This document shows, in pieces, positions 1 through 15,760 of a stretch of DNA of 64,000 nt. This DNA is from Eledone cirrhosa (Eukaryota). The notes beneath the pieces were generated by a model, which worked only from the letters and a program-made list of their open reading frames with translations, ran no database searches and was not told the DNA's origin. A program made the position numbers and the translations under genes. The stretch is taken from contig OZ024755.1 in NCBI GenBank assembly GCA_964016885.1, positions 6,572,001-6,636,000 on the forward strand. The letters are read 5' to 3'. How positions within the stretch are numbered: position 1 is the first letter of the stretch; every line of letters starts with the position of its first letter.

Positions 1-27
1 TATACATATATATATATATGTGTGTGT

Positions 28-83
<56 letters not shown>

Positions 84-88
84 ATGAA

Positions 89-310
89 AGCGCGTGGCTT
101 ACTGATTAGAGTGTTGGGCTTGCAATCGGAAGGCTGCGATGTCGATTCTCGGACCGGGTGATGCATTGTGTCCTTGAGCAAGACACTTTATTCATGTTGC
201 TCCAGTTTACTGAGCTATAGATATGAGTTTCCACGTCACTGGTGTCAAGCCGTATGACACATAACCTTTCCCTTCGACAACATCGGTGGCGTGGAGTGGG
301 CAGACCAGGT
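89..310 (+). mobile_element. Older tRNA-derived SINE (family with 'tgtgtccttgagcaagacacttta' body)
   Basis: A-box-like tggcttactgatt and degenerate B-box gtcgattc, then a body motif that recurs near 8240, 16730, 35690, 40300 and 53430. Confidence 0.6.
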
Positions 311-1279
311 TTAAATGCTCAATACACGTCGTTTGACACGACAGCCCACCATGACTGAATTAAGAGTTAAGCACCTAGCGCATGGATAGACTGACAAATA
401 AAGAAGATCAACCTAAGAGAGGTCTTACAATATTTAGTTTACCAGCCAGAAACTAATGTAGACTTCACTTACGCCACTAATATATTTGGAAATGTATGAT
501 TGTCACTATATCGGAATTCATTTCGAATATAAATGAACATTCTTTGTGTTCTGTTGTTTGAATTTATTGTATTCTCAGTCAAACTTAAGAAAAATATACT
601 AACATTGTTTTTCTCTTGTTTTTGACACATTGGAACATTTCCAAGTATCGTTTTGTTAAATCTGTCTTAGGAAGATTTAGATATTTTAAATAGATTATTT
701 TCAAATTATCGCTTGTCAAAACGTATCTTATACATTCTGTGTAACTAATTAACATAAAAAGGCGTTTGAACTTGTGATTCGTGTGTTTATCGATTTCTCT
801 GTTTTCTAAAACGTAAGTTGTATAATCATTGTTTGTTGTTGTTTAGCCCCATCTCAGCTCTGATCCAGAAAATCTATGATCAATTATATTCCAACTGATA
901 TTATGCCGTAGTTTATTTTCAAATTGTGAACTACATTATCTAACATGTATTTCGTTTAATAAGACATTGACTTTAAATTTGAAGGAGACTTGGCTGCTAA
1001 TTCTAGCAAGAAGGAATCCCCTACAATGATCGTAATGTGGTATAGTAGACGTCCATAATGGTTTTTTTTTTTTTCAGTTTGTTATTACTTGGGATTTTTA
1101 TTGTAATTTCTTTTCACTGGATATAGGATCAAATTTTATACGATATTAATATATATAGTCGTTTGAATTGGTCAGTGTATTACTGGTACATATTTCTTTC
1201 GACCCAGAAGTGATAAAAGTCAAAGTCAAACACTAGCGAGAATTGAACAAGAAATATGCAGTTTCGAAGCAACTTCTAC

Positions 1280-1930
1280 ATTAAGGCCAACTTGGGGCAG
1301 CCGTCTAAGACTGCCACTGCCATCTAGGACACATCACAGAGAGGCATATTTCTGAAAATTAAGGGATCACAGTTATATACAAAAATATTAGGGGCGATAA
1401 TCAGGCTGTATTGTATCAAAAGGGTCAAATTGTCCTTTTACGATGAGGGTTCTAATTCTCTGAGATACATGTCTCCTTTAATCCGAATAAAAGGTTAATC
1501 AGTAATTTTCTAATAACGATGTGAATGACCTCTGTTACAAGTAACATTGTGTAATATATAGTCGGGTTCAGGAGCCATTTCCAATTTTATGTTGAAGCCA
1601 TTTCATATCAATTATCTGACAATTATCGCTAGGAAATGTATTGATGTCTTACACTCATTTGATCTTTTGTTTAACACTAGCATCTTGTAATTACTTTAGC
1701 AATCAATATTTAATAATTCATTGAGATAGGCTTATAAGCTGTATATCATTAGGGAGATTAAAATCGGATCTTGTGAGGTTCGTATATTTTTCTCAATAGT
1801 ATTAGCAGCATGATGGAATTGAAATATTTTGAACTGGGAACGAAAATCGACTCCACCACGCACCCCACTTATGTTATTTATTAGATCGATCTTCACCATA
1901 CTTGTTGATTCCACCCAGTTGACTCAGTAC
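1280..1930 (-). pseudogene. Possible highly decayed Helitron/Pif1-like helicase fragment
   Basis: Minus-strand GGVDFRSQ resembles helicase motif III (GGDFRQ) and later KWLQHKIGNG resembles WLLxIGNG; many stops; recognised by eye. Confidence 0.3.
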
Positions 1931-2374
1931 ATTTGTCTCTAACAAATTCAATTTATTTTCCAGATAAGATGCAAATAACAAATGATAGACGATACTAATT
2001 GAATGTAGAATACACATTTCTTCATGAGATTAGTTAATATAAAATTTTATAACTCGTTTTTTTTTTATATCAAAAAGGAAAAACGAAAAAAGTTTTGTCT
2101 CAAGATACCAATTTAATGTGATTATTATCTCGTAAGAAAACAACCTTCCTCTATCAGCAGGTAAAGTAAACATTTGAAAGTTAAATCTTGGTTAAAAAAT
2201 TTCCAGTAACTGACTTTGGCATTTGTTGATAGCTGTTGCAAAACAACGTATTTGGTTGGGAAAATTGACAGTTGTTACTCACGATATTCAATTCATATTC
2301 TATATATAAGAAACCAAAAGCTAAGCTTACTTTACGAAGCCTTACTAGAAATAAAGGAGTAGAAATAATTAGCA

Positions 2375-2720
2375 CATTTTTCTGTAGAGCCAGAGGCGAA
2401 TGACTGGCCAGACTGCAGCAATTGCATTTGAAGGCATTGTCTTGTAGCATTATCCTGGTACTGTGTGTTCGACTAGGGTGACTGTTTTCAGCAGCAAGCT
2501 TCAGCTTCTCCTCTCCACGTTTTAAAACTCTGCCTACTTTACGGCTTCTAGTGAAAGCGATTACATGCCTTACTACTTTTCTACATTTATAGACAATGAC
2601 TTCATGTCTTTCTCACAGACATTTTTTGAAATGAAAATAGCGTCAACCTTGTGCTTTGCCGTAGAAGCCATCTTCCTGCATAACTTCCTGTTATACTGGT
2701 ATCCAAATGACTCTGCATTT
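2375..2720 (-). mobile_element. RTE-clade LINE 3' fragment (decayed ORF C-terminus)
   Basis: Minus-strand peptides NVCEKDMKSLSINVE and DNAFKCNCCSLASHSPLAL resemble the RTE C-terminal 'FKDxxKRDMK' motif and terminal zinc knuckle; frameshifted. Confidence 0.65.
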
Positions 2721-4186
2721 GGCTCTGTTTGACTACCCTTTCAATGTGTCTATCGGTAGCTATGATGACACTAAAGTATTGGATCACGCCGGCTTACTTT
2801 TACTATATACACAGTGTAGAAGAAAACAATTCAAATATAGGAATATATAGACGACCTACGAACACAACAAGAACCAACTTAGAGAAGCGTTCATTATTAT
2901 ATCCAGACAGTGTAATTTAAAGTTTCCGTAAACACTAATTTGTTAACTTATCCAAGTTAACTATAAATCTAAGCACAATTAAGAATCACTCAGAGCATAA
3001 GCTGAATGAAGACACTATGGAGATAAATATACCTTGCTGTCACCAGGCTTCGGTTATGAACCCACCACTTCCACCACCAATATCATTAGACGTATTTCTA
3101 ATCTATAATCAGACACATATTCAAGGCACACATAGTTCCACTTGGTTTTCCAATGAAAGAAGACAATACAAATTAAATTACTGGAATAATGATAACTATA
3201 ATAATAACAATAATAATAATAGTAATAATTGAAAGACATTAAAGAAGATAACATATTATGTAAAATGAAATATAAAACTAAATTAGTAGACTTTACATCA
3301 GTAGCAAAAATGTTTTGGAAGGTTTTTAACTGACTTTTTTAAAACAAAATCTTTAAATAACCGAGCAAACGAAAATTATTAAAAATATATATAAAATAAA
3401 ACCGGAAATAGACATTTAAACGAATTGTTAAGTCTGGTGCGTCAGTAATTGAAAATAACACCGATTATCGTAATATCTGCAAAATATACAAAATGACAAA
3501 CACAAATTTAACAAATAACTGATCTGATAAACTTACCAATTTAACACTTTCATTAACACTGTTAATGTCAAACAACATCGATTAGAATAGAATAAATATT
3601 AGTACAATTGAAATATTCAAAAATATAAAACATACCATTACATTATCGGATCTTTTATCTGATTAATTGCCTCCCCTTACATAGTACAAAATTTGAGCAA
3701 GCAATCATAAATGTTGTATAACATTTTCGTTGTCAATACAATCATAAATAATGTTTTATTGTATTGAACTGAATTCAGTTAAAATATCCAAATATATACA
3801 CACAAATATGAATATAAAAACAAATTCGAATGAATACTAAATTCATCTTGTCGCCTCATTTAATGAATTCTTTTCTTTACAAGTGTTCTTTTACCATTTT
3901 TAGAATTAATTGTTCAAACATTTGAATTGTAAATCCACATAGTAAAAACCATCATTTGAAAACTAAAAAAAAAATGATTATGAAAAGCTTGGAATCATAA
4001 ATTTACTATTCAATAGCGTTAGTGTGTGATATTGTTAGTAATTTTGAAAAGAATTTTGTTGTATAATTTAGAAGTTCTAGAGAAAATTTGATGTAATTTA
4101 TTAGTTCCTATTGATGCCGATACTAAAGGGATTTGAACTCAGAAGGAAGAGACTAAAGCATTTCAGTATGGCATTATATACGCATA

Positions 4187-4380
4187 GGACGGTGGATTGG
4201 CAGTATCGGTAGAGGGTCGGATACCATGCTTTCGAGCAAAAAGTTACGGCCCTTTATGGTCTGAGTTCAAATCCCGCCGAGGTTAACTTTGCCTTTCATC
4301 CTTACAGGGTCGATAAAATAAAGTACCAGTAATATACTGGGATAATTGCTGGCCTTGTGCCAAAAGTAGAAACAATTATA
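4187..4380 (+). mobile_element. Young tRNA-derived SINE, full length (~190 bp)
   Basis: A-box tggcagtatcgg, B-box gagttcaaatcc, central gcctttcatccttac.gggtcgataaaataaagtaccag, tail ggccttgtgccaaaagtagaaac; about 14 near-identical copies in the window. Confidence 0.9.
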
Positions 4381-4447
4381 TACCAAGTAACCATTCTTTC
4401 ATTTAAGAGATTATCTATCTATCTATATCTATCTATCTATATATATC

Positions 4448-4496
<49 letters not shown>

Positions 4497-4662
4497 TTGT
4501 TTTGGCTGTGCGGATGATTGTTTAACCATCATCTCAGTGTGTTTGGCCTTTAACGTATGTTGAAGCTCTGGTTTTTCTGAACCATTGAGCACTTGCCACA
4601 CATCTCGAAGCTTGTTTTTCGTTATTTCATGGGCCGAAATACGATTCTCGATAATTTATATT

Positions 4663-4707
<45 letters not shown>

Positions 4708-4999
4708 CAGCTGCTAACCAGTACAGAGGAGTCACGCACCCAATTATATTTATATACATATGTACGTATATATACGTAGATACACATAAAGATATTAATA
4801 CATATATGCATAATGTATATATAAACACATACTTCCATATATAATTTCATGCATATATTTATAGGAGAAGCGAAATATCTAAGAAATAAACAATAAAAAC
4901 CTTAAAATTTATATCAATTTATTCAAGAATATAAGAAATATATATATTACTTCTTTCTTGAAAAGAGAAAAAAAAGCGACAACCAAAGAACCACTATAT

Positions 5000-5037
5000 C
5001 CTCCACCTCCTCCTCCAAATCCTACTCCTACTACAAG

Positions 5038-5090
<53 letters not shown>

Positions 5091-5207
5091 ATACTCCTAC
5101 TACAAGTACTACTACTACTACTACCACCACTACTACTACCACCACTACTACTACTACTACTACCACAACTACTACCACCACTACTACTACTGCTACTACT
5201 ACTACTT
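5000..5207. repeat. (ACT/ACC)n microsatellite
   Basis: Direct reading. Confidence 0.95.
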
Positions 5208-5219
5208 ATAATGAAACTA

Positions 5220-5323
5220 ATTGTTTCTACTTTAGGCACAAGGCCAGCAATTACCCAGTACATTACTGGTACTTTATTTTATCGACGCCGTAAGGATAAA
5301 AGGCAAAGTTAACCTCGGCGAGA
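5220..5323 (-). mobile_element. Young SINE, 3' half only
   Basis: Reverse complement of the 4187 family tail and core. Confidence 0.85.
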
Positions 5324-5503
5324 CGTGAATGAAAATAATGATTTAAATAGAAGTGTGATAATTAAATTCAAGTAATCTTATCCCCGTCAAATGACAGATT
5401 TATGCGACTAGAACCAAGATGAGTTTACAGAAAAGATAAATTTGCATAATTATATTTATAATGACTATACAGAATTATAGGTTGCATAAATAAACACGCA
5501 CGC

Positions 5504-5568
<65 letters not shown>

Positions 5569-5659
5569 TGTATGAAGCAAACGTGTACACATTACACAAA
5601 AAATATATTAGCATATAGTCACGTGTAAGCATTCACATCCAAAGACTAACAAAGATTGA

Positions 5660-5753
5660 TATGTTCAAACACACACGCACAGATACACAAACACACACTC
5701 ACACACACACACACCCATGCATACCCACACACACAGATATATTTATATATATA

Positions 5754-5802
<49 letters not shown>

Positions 5803-5929
5803 ATATATATATATTTGTATATATATATGTATATATATTTATATATATATATATATATAGATATATATAAATATATATACATATATATACATATATATAC
5901 ATATATATAGGTATGTATATATATGTATA

Positions 5930-5966
<37 letters not shown>

Positions 5967-6106
5967 TTGTATATACATACACATATATATATATTTGTAT
6001 ATATATACATATGTATTTGTATATATATATAGCTATATATATATGCATATATATACATACATATATATACACATATATATATATACACATATATACATAC
6101 ATATAC

Positions 6107-6157
<51 letters not shown>

Positions 6158-7490
6158 TATATATATACACATATATATATATATATATACACACATATAT
6201 ATATATATACATACATATATATATATATACATATATACATATACATATATATATACATACACACATACATATACCCATACATTTCCCACGACAATACCTG
6301 CTTACAATTTCTATACAGTATTGAGGGAAGGTAATTACACATATACTTACATATATAGGTTTAAGCAATAGGTAGTCATGCATTTAAAGTATTGCTGTAG
6401 ATAATGGCTGACATCAATAATACTAAATATTTGCATATTTATAAGAAGCTTTCTGCTGTTTCTAAAGCTATCGAGATGTTTAGCAGAATATGACTTGACA
6501 ACAACACAACAAACCATGACAAAACAATCTGGAGCATACACACAGATAGATATACACATATACATATATACACATACATACACACATATAGATATACATA
6601 TATACACACATTCACATACATACACACAGATAGATATACACATATACATATATACACATACATACACACAGATAGATATACAAATATACACACATTCACA
6701 TACATACACACAGATAGATATACATGTATACACACATTCACATAGATAGATATACATATATACACACATTCACATAGATATACATATATACACACATTCA
6801 CATAGATATACATATATACACACATACACGGATAGATATACATATATACACATACACATACATACACACAGATAGATATACACACATACACACACATACA
6901 CATAGATAGATATAGATATATACACACACATACATAGATAGTTATAGATATATACACACATACACATACATACACATTCATATGCATACATATATATATA
7001 CACACATACACACAGATAGATATACATATATACACATATACACCACACACACATTGATAGATATACATATATAAACACATACACACACATACACATTGAT
7101 AGATATACATATATACACACATACACACACATACACATAGATAGATAGATACATATACACACATACATATACACATACATAGATAGATAGACACATATAA
7201 ACACATATACATAGATAGATATACATATATACACACATACACACACACATTCAATCACACACACACATACACACACATTCAATCACACACACACATAAAC
7301 ACACAGACGCACACACAAACAAACACATACACACATATACACACACATATACACACACATATACACACACATACGCGCACACACACACAGATACACAGAC
7401 ACACACACAGACACACAGACATACATACACGCACAGATACACACATATACACAGACAGACAAGCAGAAGGGCAAATATATATAAAAAATA
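5660..7490. repeat. Compound (TA/CA/TAGA)n low-complexity tracts
   Basis: Direct reading; short unique spacer at about 6280-6530. Confidence 0.9.
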
Positions 7491-7769
7491 TACATAACCC
7501 CCCCACAAAATAACTTTTACATGCTTCCTAGTTTTAATCGTGACATATTTTTTGTATTTATGTAATGTTTTTAACGTTAGATAACACAATTTTCGAATTT
7601 TATCTCAGTAAACATAAACATCAGCTATATTCCTGAAATGTTAAATACTTTTCACAAAGAGAATTTGACAAGACCCTACAAGAAAATGTAAAATATGGTT
7701 GACTGCGTATGACATAATGACTTAATTCATCAACAGTCGTAAGGTATCTGCTTAATGTTCAGGATTCGC

Positions 7770-7860
<91 letters not shown>

Positions 7861-7861
7861 C

Positions 7862-7895
<34 letters not shown>

Positions 7896-8256
7896 TAGAT
7901 ATACATATATATATATATGTGTGTCTGTGTATACACACACACATATATATATACATATATATATATAAAATATATACCTGTATGACCCCTGGAAGTTTCT
8001 CTGTTGTTTTCAAAACTGTAACACCATTAGAAGTTTATAGAAATCCATGAAGTACATAAATTCTTTTGAAAACGTATTTCTTCTGAAGTGCTTGGTTCTT
8101 GAGTTGGTTTAAAGACAGAACATTTATGAAATCTATATTATTTGGAATATATTTGCCGACTCTTATACCTTAAGAAATGTCTATACGTCGTTGGTTAATG
8201 GTTATAGTTCACGAGTTCGAATCCTGGACGAGCGGTGTATTGTAACCTTCAGCAAC

Positions 8257-8440
8257 GGATTGGCAGTATTGGTAGAGGGTTGGACGCCATGCATTCTAGC
8301 ATAGTTACGTCCCGTTTCGGTCTGACTTCAAATCCCGTCAAGGTTAACTTTGCCTTTCATCCTTACGGGGTCGATAAAATAAAATACCAGTAATGTACTG
8401 GGTTATTGCTGGCCTTGTGCTAGAAGTAGAAACAATTATT
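8257..8440 (+). mobile_element. Young SINE nested inside an older SINE
   Basis: Matches the 4187 family; splits an older SINE (head 8190-8256, body resumes ttcacgttgaccctgtacactcagctg at 8440). Confidence 0.85.
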
Positions 8441-8539
8441 TCACGTTGACCCTGTACACTCAGCTGATAATAATGAGTTGCAATGACATTATGGACAAAC
8501 AGTGTTGGCATTTGCTGCAGTATATTCACACACACACAC

Positions 8540-8579
<40 letters not shown>

Positions 8580-8764
8580 CGTTACTACCATGTTGTTGTT
8601 TCTTCACTTTCCTCTGTCCCGATAACTTAATTTAGTTATCGCTCGTACTGATTTTAGGTATCTAGTCTTTAATGCGAAGAAATACCAATGAGAATCAGCA
8701 GACTACTGATGAAGGACTTTTCCTGTTTCTCGGTCTATTTTTCCTGTTTCTCGGTCTATTTTTA

Positions 8765-8767
<3 letters not shown>

Positions 8768-8842
<75 letters not shown>

Positions 8843-8897
8843 TAGATATAGAGAGAGAGAGATATAGAGAGAGATATATATATATATAGAGATAGAG

Positions 8898-8928
<31 letters not shown>

Positions 8929-8959
8929 TATATATAGAGAGAGAGATATATATATATAG

Positions 8960-8994
<35 letters not shown>

Positions 8995-9267
8995 TATAGA
9001 GAGAAAGAGATATATATAGATATATATATATAGAGAGAAAGAGATATATATAGATATATAGAGAGAGAGATATATATATAGAGAGAAAGATATATATATA
9101 TATAGAGAGAGAAAGAGATATATATATATAGAGAGAGAAAGAGATATATATAGAGATATATATATAGAGAGAAAGAGATATATATAGATATATATATATA
9201 TAGAGAAAGATATATATATAGATATATATATATCGAGATAGAGATATAGATATATATATATATATAT
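8768..9267. repeat. (TA)n/(GA)n compound microsatellite
   Basis: Direct reading. Confidence 0.95.
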
Positions 9268-9401
9268 CCGAGCTACAACCTTTATTGAATAACGTTATAT
9301 GTTACTTAAATTTACTTGACATAAACAGAACTCCGTTCTCTGCTTGGTGTATTGAATATCTTACATTAACTGTTGTCCGTTCTCATTTACATATGTATGT
9401 A

Positions 9402-9439
<38 letters not shown>

Positions 9440-9572
9440 TATATATATCTATATATCTATATATATTTATATGTATATATGTATGTATGTATGTATATAT
9501 ATATATATATATATAATATATATATATATACAATATATTAATAAATGGAAACTATATATATAAAACCATATT

Positions 9573-9638
9573 TATTTTATTATATATATTTCAAGAGCAA
9601 CCATGGCAAATTATGGTGCGCTTTCATCAGATAAAATA
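9573..9638 (-). ncRNA. Type I hammerhead ribozyme (minimal stem III)
   Basis: uauuuuau CUGAUGA [stem II aagcgcacc...gguugcucuu] GAAA u auau a UA^ auaaaaua; 8-bp perfect stem I. Confidence 0.85.
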
Positions 9639-9761
9639 CAAATTTGTTTTATAAATAAATATTGACATACCCGGTAAAAAAATAACCTTAACGGTTGGAG
9701 CTTCCTGCCGTTAAGGTTGTCTTTTTCGGGTATGTCAATATTTATTTATAAAACAAATTTG

Positions 9762-9827
9762 TATTTTATCTGATGAAAGCGCACCATAATGTGCCTTGGT
9801 TGCCCTTGAAATATATATAATAACATA
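9762..9827 (+). ncRNA. Type I hammerhead ribozyme (inverted twin of 9573-9638)
   Basis: CUGAUGA 9770-9776, GAAA 9808-9811, AUA^ ending 9819; stem I has one mismatch. Confidence 0.8.
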
Positions 9828-9955
9828 AATATGGTTTTATAAATATAGTTTCCATTTATTAGTATATTTGTGTATTTACTCACGAACATGTTGAGTGCTT
9901 TATATCAGTTATAAGCTTGTTGAATCCCAACAAATTAAATATAACCTCTGCATGA

Positions 9956-10087
<132 letters not shown>

Positions 10088-10843
10088 GTGGGAGAGATAG
10101 GGTGTGGGAGAGATATAGATATGTATATATATATACATATACTGATAGATAGATAGATATATATATATATATATAAAGAGAGAGAGAGAAATATATGTCT
10201 GTGCTTGTGTATTGTGTCTCTACCTATGTATAGACATACATATATATATATATATATATATCTACAGACGTACATATTTATCTACTTTTCTTCTATCAAT
10301 CATGCTTTGTACGTGGAGAGAGGCTCTATTTTTAGTTTTAAAGACAGTAAAATTCTGAGACATGTTTACGAAAAAAATCCGCCTCACCATCCTCAACATC
10401 ATCATCATCGACATTACTATCCTCATCATCATCATCATCAACAACATTACTATGCTGATCATCATCATCATCAACTCATCAACATGTCTTCTCTCTTCTT
10501 TCCACTTTAGCAAGCTATTAGCAATATGCAACGCGCTTTATGCCAAGTGCTGTCGCGTTTCAAAAGAATAGTGACAATTTGATTGAGATGAATGTACAAT
10601 AGGAGTTACTGAAATGAAATGGAATCAAACTATATATACATACATACGTACATAGATACAATCATACATACATATGTACATATATATGTATATATATATA
10701 TATGTATATATGTATATACGTATATATGTATATATGTATATATGTATGTATATATGTATATATATATATATTATATATATATATACATAGATACATATGT
10801 ATATATATATATATATATGTACATATGTATGTATATGTGTATG

Positions 10844-10890
<47 letters not shown>

Positions 10891-10900
10891 ATGTATATAT

Positions 10901-11509
10901 GGTGGCTGCCAACTCGTTTTCGAGTACGGCCACTACTTTATATCCATGTAGGAGAACTCCTACTGATGCGCTGAACAAGTGTGACTTTTTAGTCCAGCCA
11001 GCGACTTGAAAACTCTGGTACAAACACTACACTTGTGACAATTACTGACACATAGTGCTGGGCCCATGGTACCATGTGATGACAAGTGCAGAGAGATCTC
11101 CAGATATAAAGCAATGCCTGTGCTGTGAAGCTTTTATAGTGAGGAAAGGCACTGCACAAAGCCAGTCCCACTCTCTTAACCAAGATGATATTTACCAAAA
11201 AGAAGAACAAGTCAACATCATTGGATACCATCAGGGTTGCAGGTGTTATATCAGAGTTTTCCTTCTCCTAGAATTCTGCCTTGACAAAGGCTAAGGGGTC
11301 ATCTCTCCCGGTGATTTTGGATGGCCATTGACTCTTAAGAGCTCCTTTGCCCTTTGACAGGTTTTGTTTTTAGTCCTGCAGGATGTCCAGTCACCCTCCT
11401 CACCAAGAAACCTTGGTGGGGTTGCCAGTTTAGTCGCCAACGACCCGACCATGAGACAGGTTGTACTGGGATACATGTTACCAGTAGCACCAACTGGTGA
11501 CCTGACATA
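10901..11509 (-). mobile_element. Non-autonomous RTE-derived element with inverted 5' half
   Basis: Highly similar to 25426-26036 but segment 11189-11509 is flipped; RTE-type zinc-finger remnant and 3' stem-loop ctcgaaaacgag; flanked by (TA)n. Confidence 0.8.
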
Positions 11510-11911
11510 TGTATATATACATACATATATACATACATATGTACATATATATAGATATATAGATATACATATATATACACATACCTATATACATACATAT
11601 GTACGAACATATATATTGTATATATATATATATATATACATATATATACGTACAGACATACATACATATGTACATATCTATATACATACATACGCACACA
11701 CATACACACATACGTACAAGAAACACAATAATCTGGAATAGGGAAGGAAGAAAAATCACGAGCTCTGAAATATGGAATGGAAGAAAAAAAGAAAACAATG
11801 AAAGAATGAAAGATATGAAGGATGGAGAAGGGAAGGAATCTCAAGAGAAAGAAACAAAAGGTGGAAGGGACACCTATACTTATCGATTCCAATTCGAATA
11901 TATATTCTCAT

Positions 11912-12835
<924 letters not shown>

Positions 12836-12962
12836 AAGGACGATAATAAATTGGCTCAGAGGGCAAATGTAACGACTTCAAACTAATCGTTATTTTAAGG
12901 CACTGGCATTATTATCTGACAAAGGAATGATATTGATGTCGGGATTATTCCCCTTTATAATG

Positions 12963-13016
12963 CACAGTCACTGACACTGCCACAGTCACTGACACTGCCA
13001 CAGTCACTGACATTGC
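12963..13016. repeat. 18-bp tandem repeat x3 (cacagtcactgacactgc)
   Basis: Direct reading. Confidence 0.9.
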
Positions 13017-13351
13017 CCTTACGCCCATTTAAAAACATCACTTTCGATTCCATCACCATTACTATCGCTTGAATTATCATCTGTATACTTCGCCTTAAAA
13101 AGCTAAGCCAGTCTGTCACAAGCGATTATGATTTGATAGCACACATCATGATTTCGCTAAAGGTTTTTAGCGAAACAAACATTGGAACATCCATGATGTA
13201 TTAGATAGGAGAGAGTTGATACACTAGTAATACGTTGGTACACTCCTAATGAACCCCGGAACAATGAAATACCAAATACCAAGTACACATTGGCGTGATT
13301 TGAATGCAGAACACTGAATCCAGAATAAATCTCCATCCTGCAATTATATAT

Positions 13352-13411
<60 letters not shown>

Positions 13412-13413
13412 AT

Positions 13414-13470
13414 GAAAAGAGTCAGGATCCCGACGGCTGACCTGCAGACGTTTCGACAGCTAGTTCTGAC
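13414..13470 (-). mobile_element. Fragment of the 'gaccccgacggctga' half-HHR family
   Basis: Similar to the arms at 21153, 23954 and 58820. Confidence 0.6.
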
Positions 13471-13788
13471 CCTATACTTCAGAAAAATAACAAAGAGAGG
13501 ACAAGTCAACGAATGCAAACCAATTTTTCAAATTGAGACCATACTAAATTAGTTGTTTATTTAATACAAATAAAAATGAAAAACACAGAATTCCAGGGTA
13601 ATCAGCCGTTGAAGTGGACTTTAGCAGTTTCGACCCCTACCAACACTAGTGCTGAGCCACCTGACATCACAGCCTCTGACGTGTATATATAGTTTCAAGA
13701 ATAAACAAGACACACAGAAATAGCTGGAAATAGCGAAGTTCAAGGAGAGCGGAAGAGAAGTTAGGAACAACGAAGGCTGGAAGGTTGG

Positions 13789-13831
<43 letters not shown>

Positions 13832-14714
13832 GAAAGAGTGAAGAATAGCATGGGTCAGCTGTACAAAAAGTGTTTTATTTACAGTATTAACAATTGTTTC
13901 ATTGATCAGGTGAGTCTAAAAGCCGCTAATCACTCAAAGTTACGTCACTCGACCTTAAATACAGTGTGTGTCTCTGATCAAATCATCGGAATACTCACAA
14001 CCTCTAACTGTAATACCTAAAACTATAACTTGTTATCCCATATAAATATATATATATATATGTGGGGGGGGGGGGGGCGTGTGTGTGTGTCTGTGTTTAT
14101 ATGTGTGTACGGTACGGAAAGTAAACGGAAAATAACATAATCATAATCATAATGAAGATATATATAGTCAAGAGTTGATCCAAAGCACCAAACTTTTCAC
14201 ATAGTTTGTCACGTTGAATCACCAATCACCCACCCCTATAATTAATTATTAACATGGTACACGTATCTGAGGAGTGTTCAGTCACATACACACACACACA
14301 TTAATTTTACAAGCAGGCCTTGCCGATGATCAAACAACGGGAAACACTCTTCGAAACCGACGGAGGTCCATCGTATTTCATATGATAAGTAACAGGTGTT
14401 TAGCTGCAAGCAGACTGCTTATAAACTTTCAGCTAGACATTAGTATATAGAATTTTTTTATTGTGTCTCTCATATATTTCATAAATATTATTAAAAAAAT
14501 GCAAGAGCTAAGTTTAATTGCAATTTCCAATATGGTTTATGATTATTTCTGTCTCTCGTCTTCCATATTGTTGTTAGTTTCTTGTTTTATTCAATTCACG
14601 TTCAAAGTTGTATATTTTTGTGATTTTTTATGTTACTATTGCTGCTGCTGTTGTTGTTGTTGTTGTTTACGCTGTTGTCTTCTTTGTCTACCCAATCCTT
14701 TCGTCTACCTACGC

Positions 14715-14776
14715 CACCTCTTCTTCTTCTTCTTCTTCTTCTTCTTCTTCTTCTTCTTCTTCTTCTTCTTCTTCTC
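14715..14776. repeat. (CTT)n microsatellite
   Basis: Direct reading. Confidence 0.95.
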
Positions 14777-14986
14777 CAGTGTTATGTAAACAAATAAATT
14801 GAATAAATGTATATACACATATATATATATATATGCATACATACATGCTTACTTACATACAAACATATATATATACACACACACATATGTATGTATATAA
14901 AAATATATATATATATTTAGATATTTATACACAGAGACACACACATATGTATATACGTACATATATATATAGTAATAATAATTATG

Positions 14987-15145
14987 AGTTTCAGAAGATC
15001 CCGTTAAGGGTGAAAGCAGCGATTCTTTGCTTAACTTTAATCTGTTATTTTAATAAATATTTGCTCTACGGTTCTTATATATTTGATATATACTTTCCTT
15101 ATCGAGTCCTCTTTGGATTTTAGTCTTCAATTTTATTATTATTAC
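14987..15145 (+). mobile_element. CAGAAGA-core HHR-like element, 5'-truncated, with 3' tail
   Basis: Same motif as 33595 and 44319; tail 15095-15145 recurs inverted at 27877-27927. Confidence 0.7.
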
Positions 15146-15294
15146 TATATATATATATATATATATATATATTAGGTTATGCAAGAAATGTTTAGGATAA
15201 TTACAAATAACTACTGTTGAAACATTTGTAAGCACTCGGAATAAATTACCTTGTTTATTATGTCTACCTGTTATTATTCATTCTTTATATATAT

Positions 15295-15336
<42 letters not shown>

Positions 15337-15427
15337 AACGAAACTACGTAGTCGGGGATAATGACGAAATTTAGTTATGGTATATATTATTAATTATATC
15401 TAATATGTTTCTTCTTTCTTTATAATG

Positions 15428-15505
<78 letters not shown>

Positions 15506-15727
15506 ATGATAGTGAGTTAAATCGAAGTTGCAGGCTACGGCTAGCATCTGTCGAGAGATCAATCCTCAGAAGCTGATGACACCTGTGTGTGTGTGTCTGT
15601 ATGTCTGTGTGTATATGTGTATGTGTGTGTATGTGCGTATATTTATAGCGGTATGTATATTTGTATCTGTAAACATATACACGTATATACAACGCCCGCA
15701 CACACATTAACGCACTCGTACACGTAC

Positions 15728-15760
<33 letters not shown>

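Larger units (their letters stand above)
9532..9953. mobile_element. Fold-back HHR-bearing element (Penelope-like/retrozyme candidate) in a (TA)n tract
   Basis: ~160-bp inverted arms 9532-9694 and 9708-9868 around the loop ttggagcttcctg; one HHR per arm; right arm continues to ~9953. Confidence 0.75.

Noticed and set aside
3017-3232. 71-aa ORF
   Set aside because: No recognisable domain; ends in an (AAT)n microsatellite.
4187-4280. tRNA gene
   Set aside because: A/B boxes belong to a multi-copy SINE head; no cloverleaf. The same applies to the 61625-61700 tRNA-like arm.
13600-13680. Minus-strand GAAAC..GUC half-ribozyme
   Set aside because: No CUGANGA or stem I partner found and no second copy in the window.
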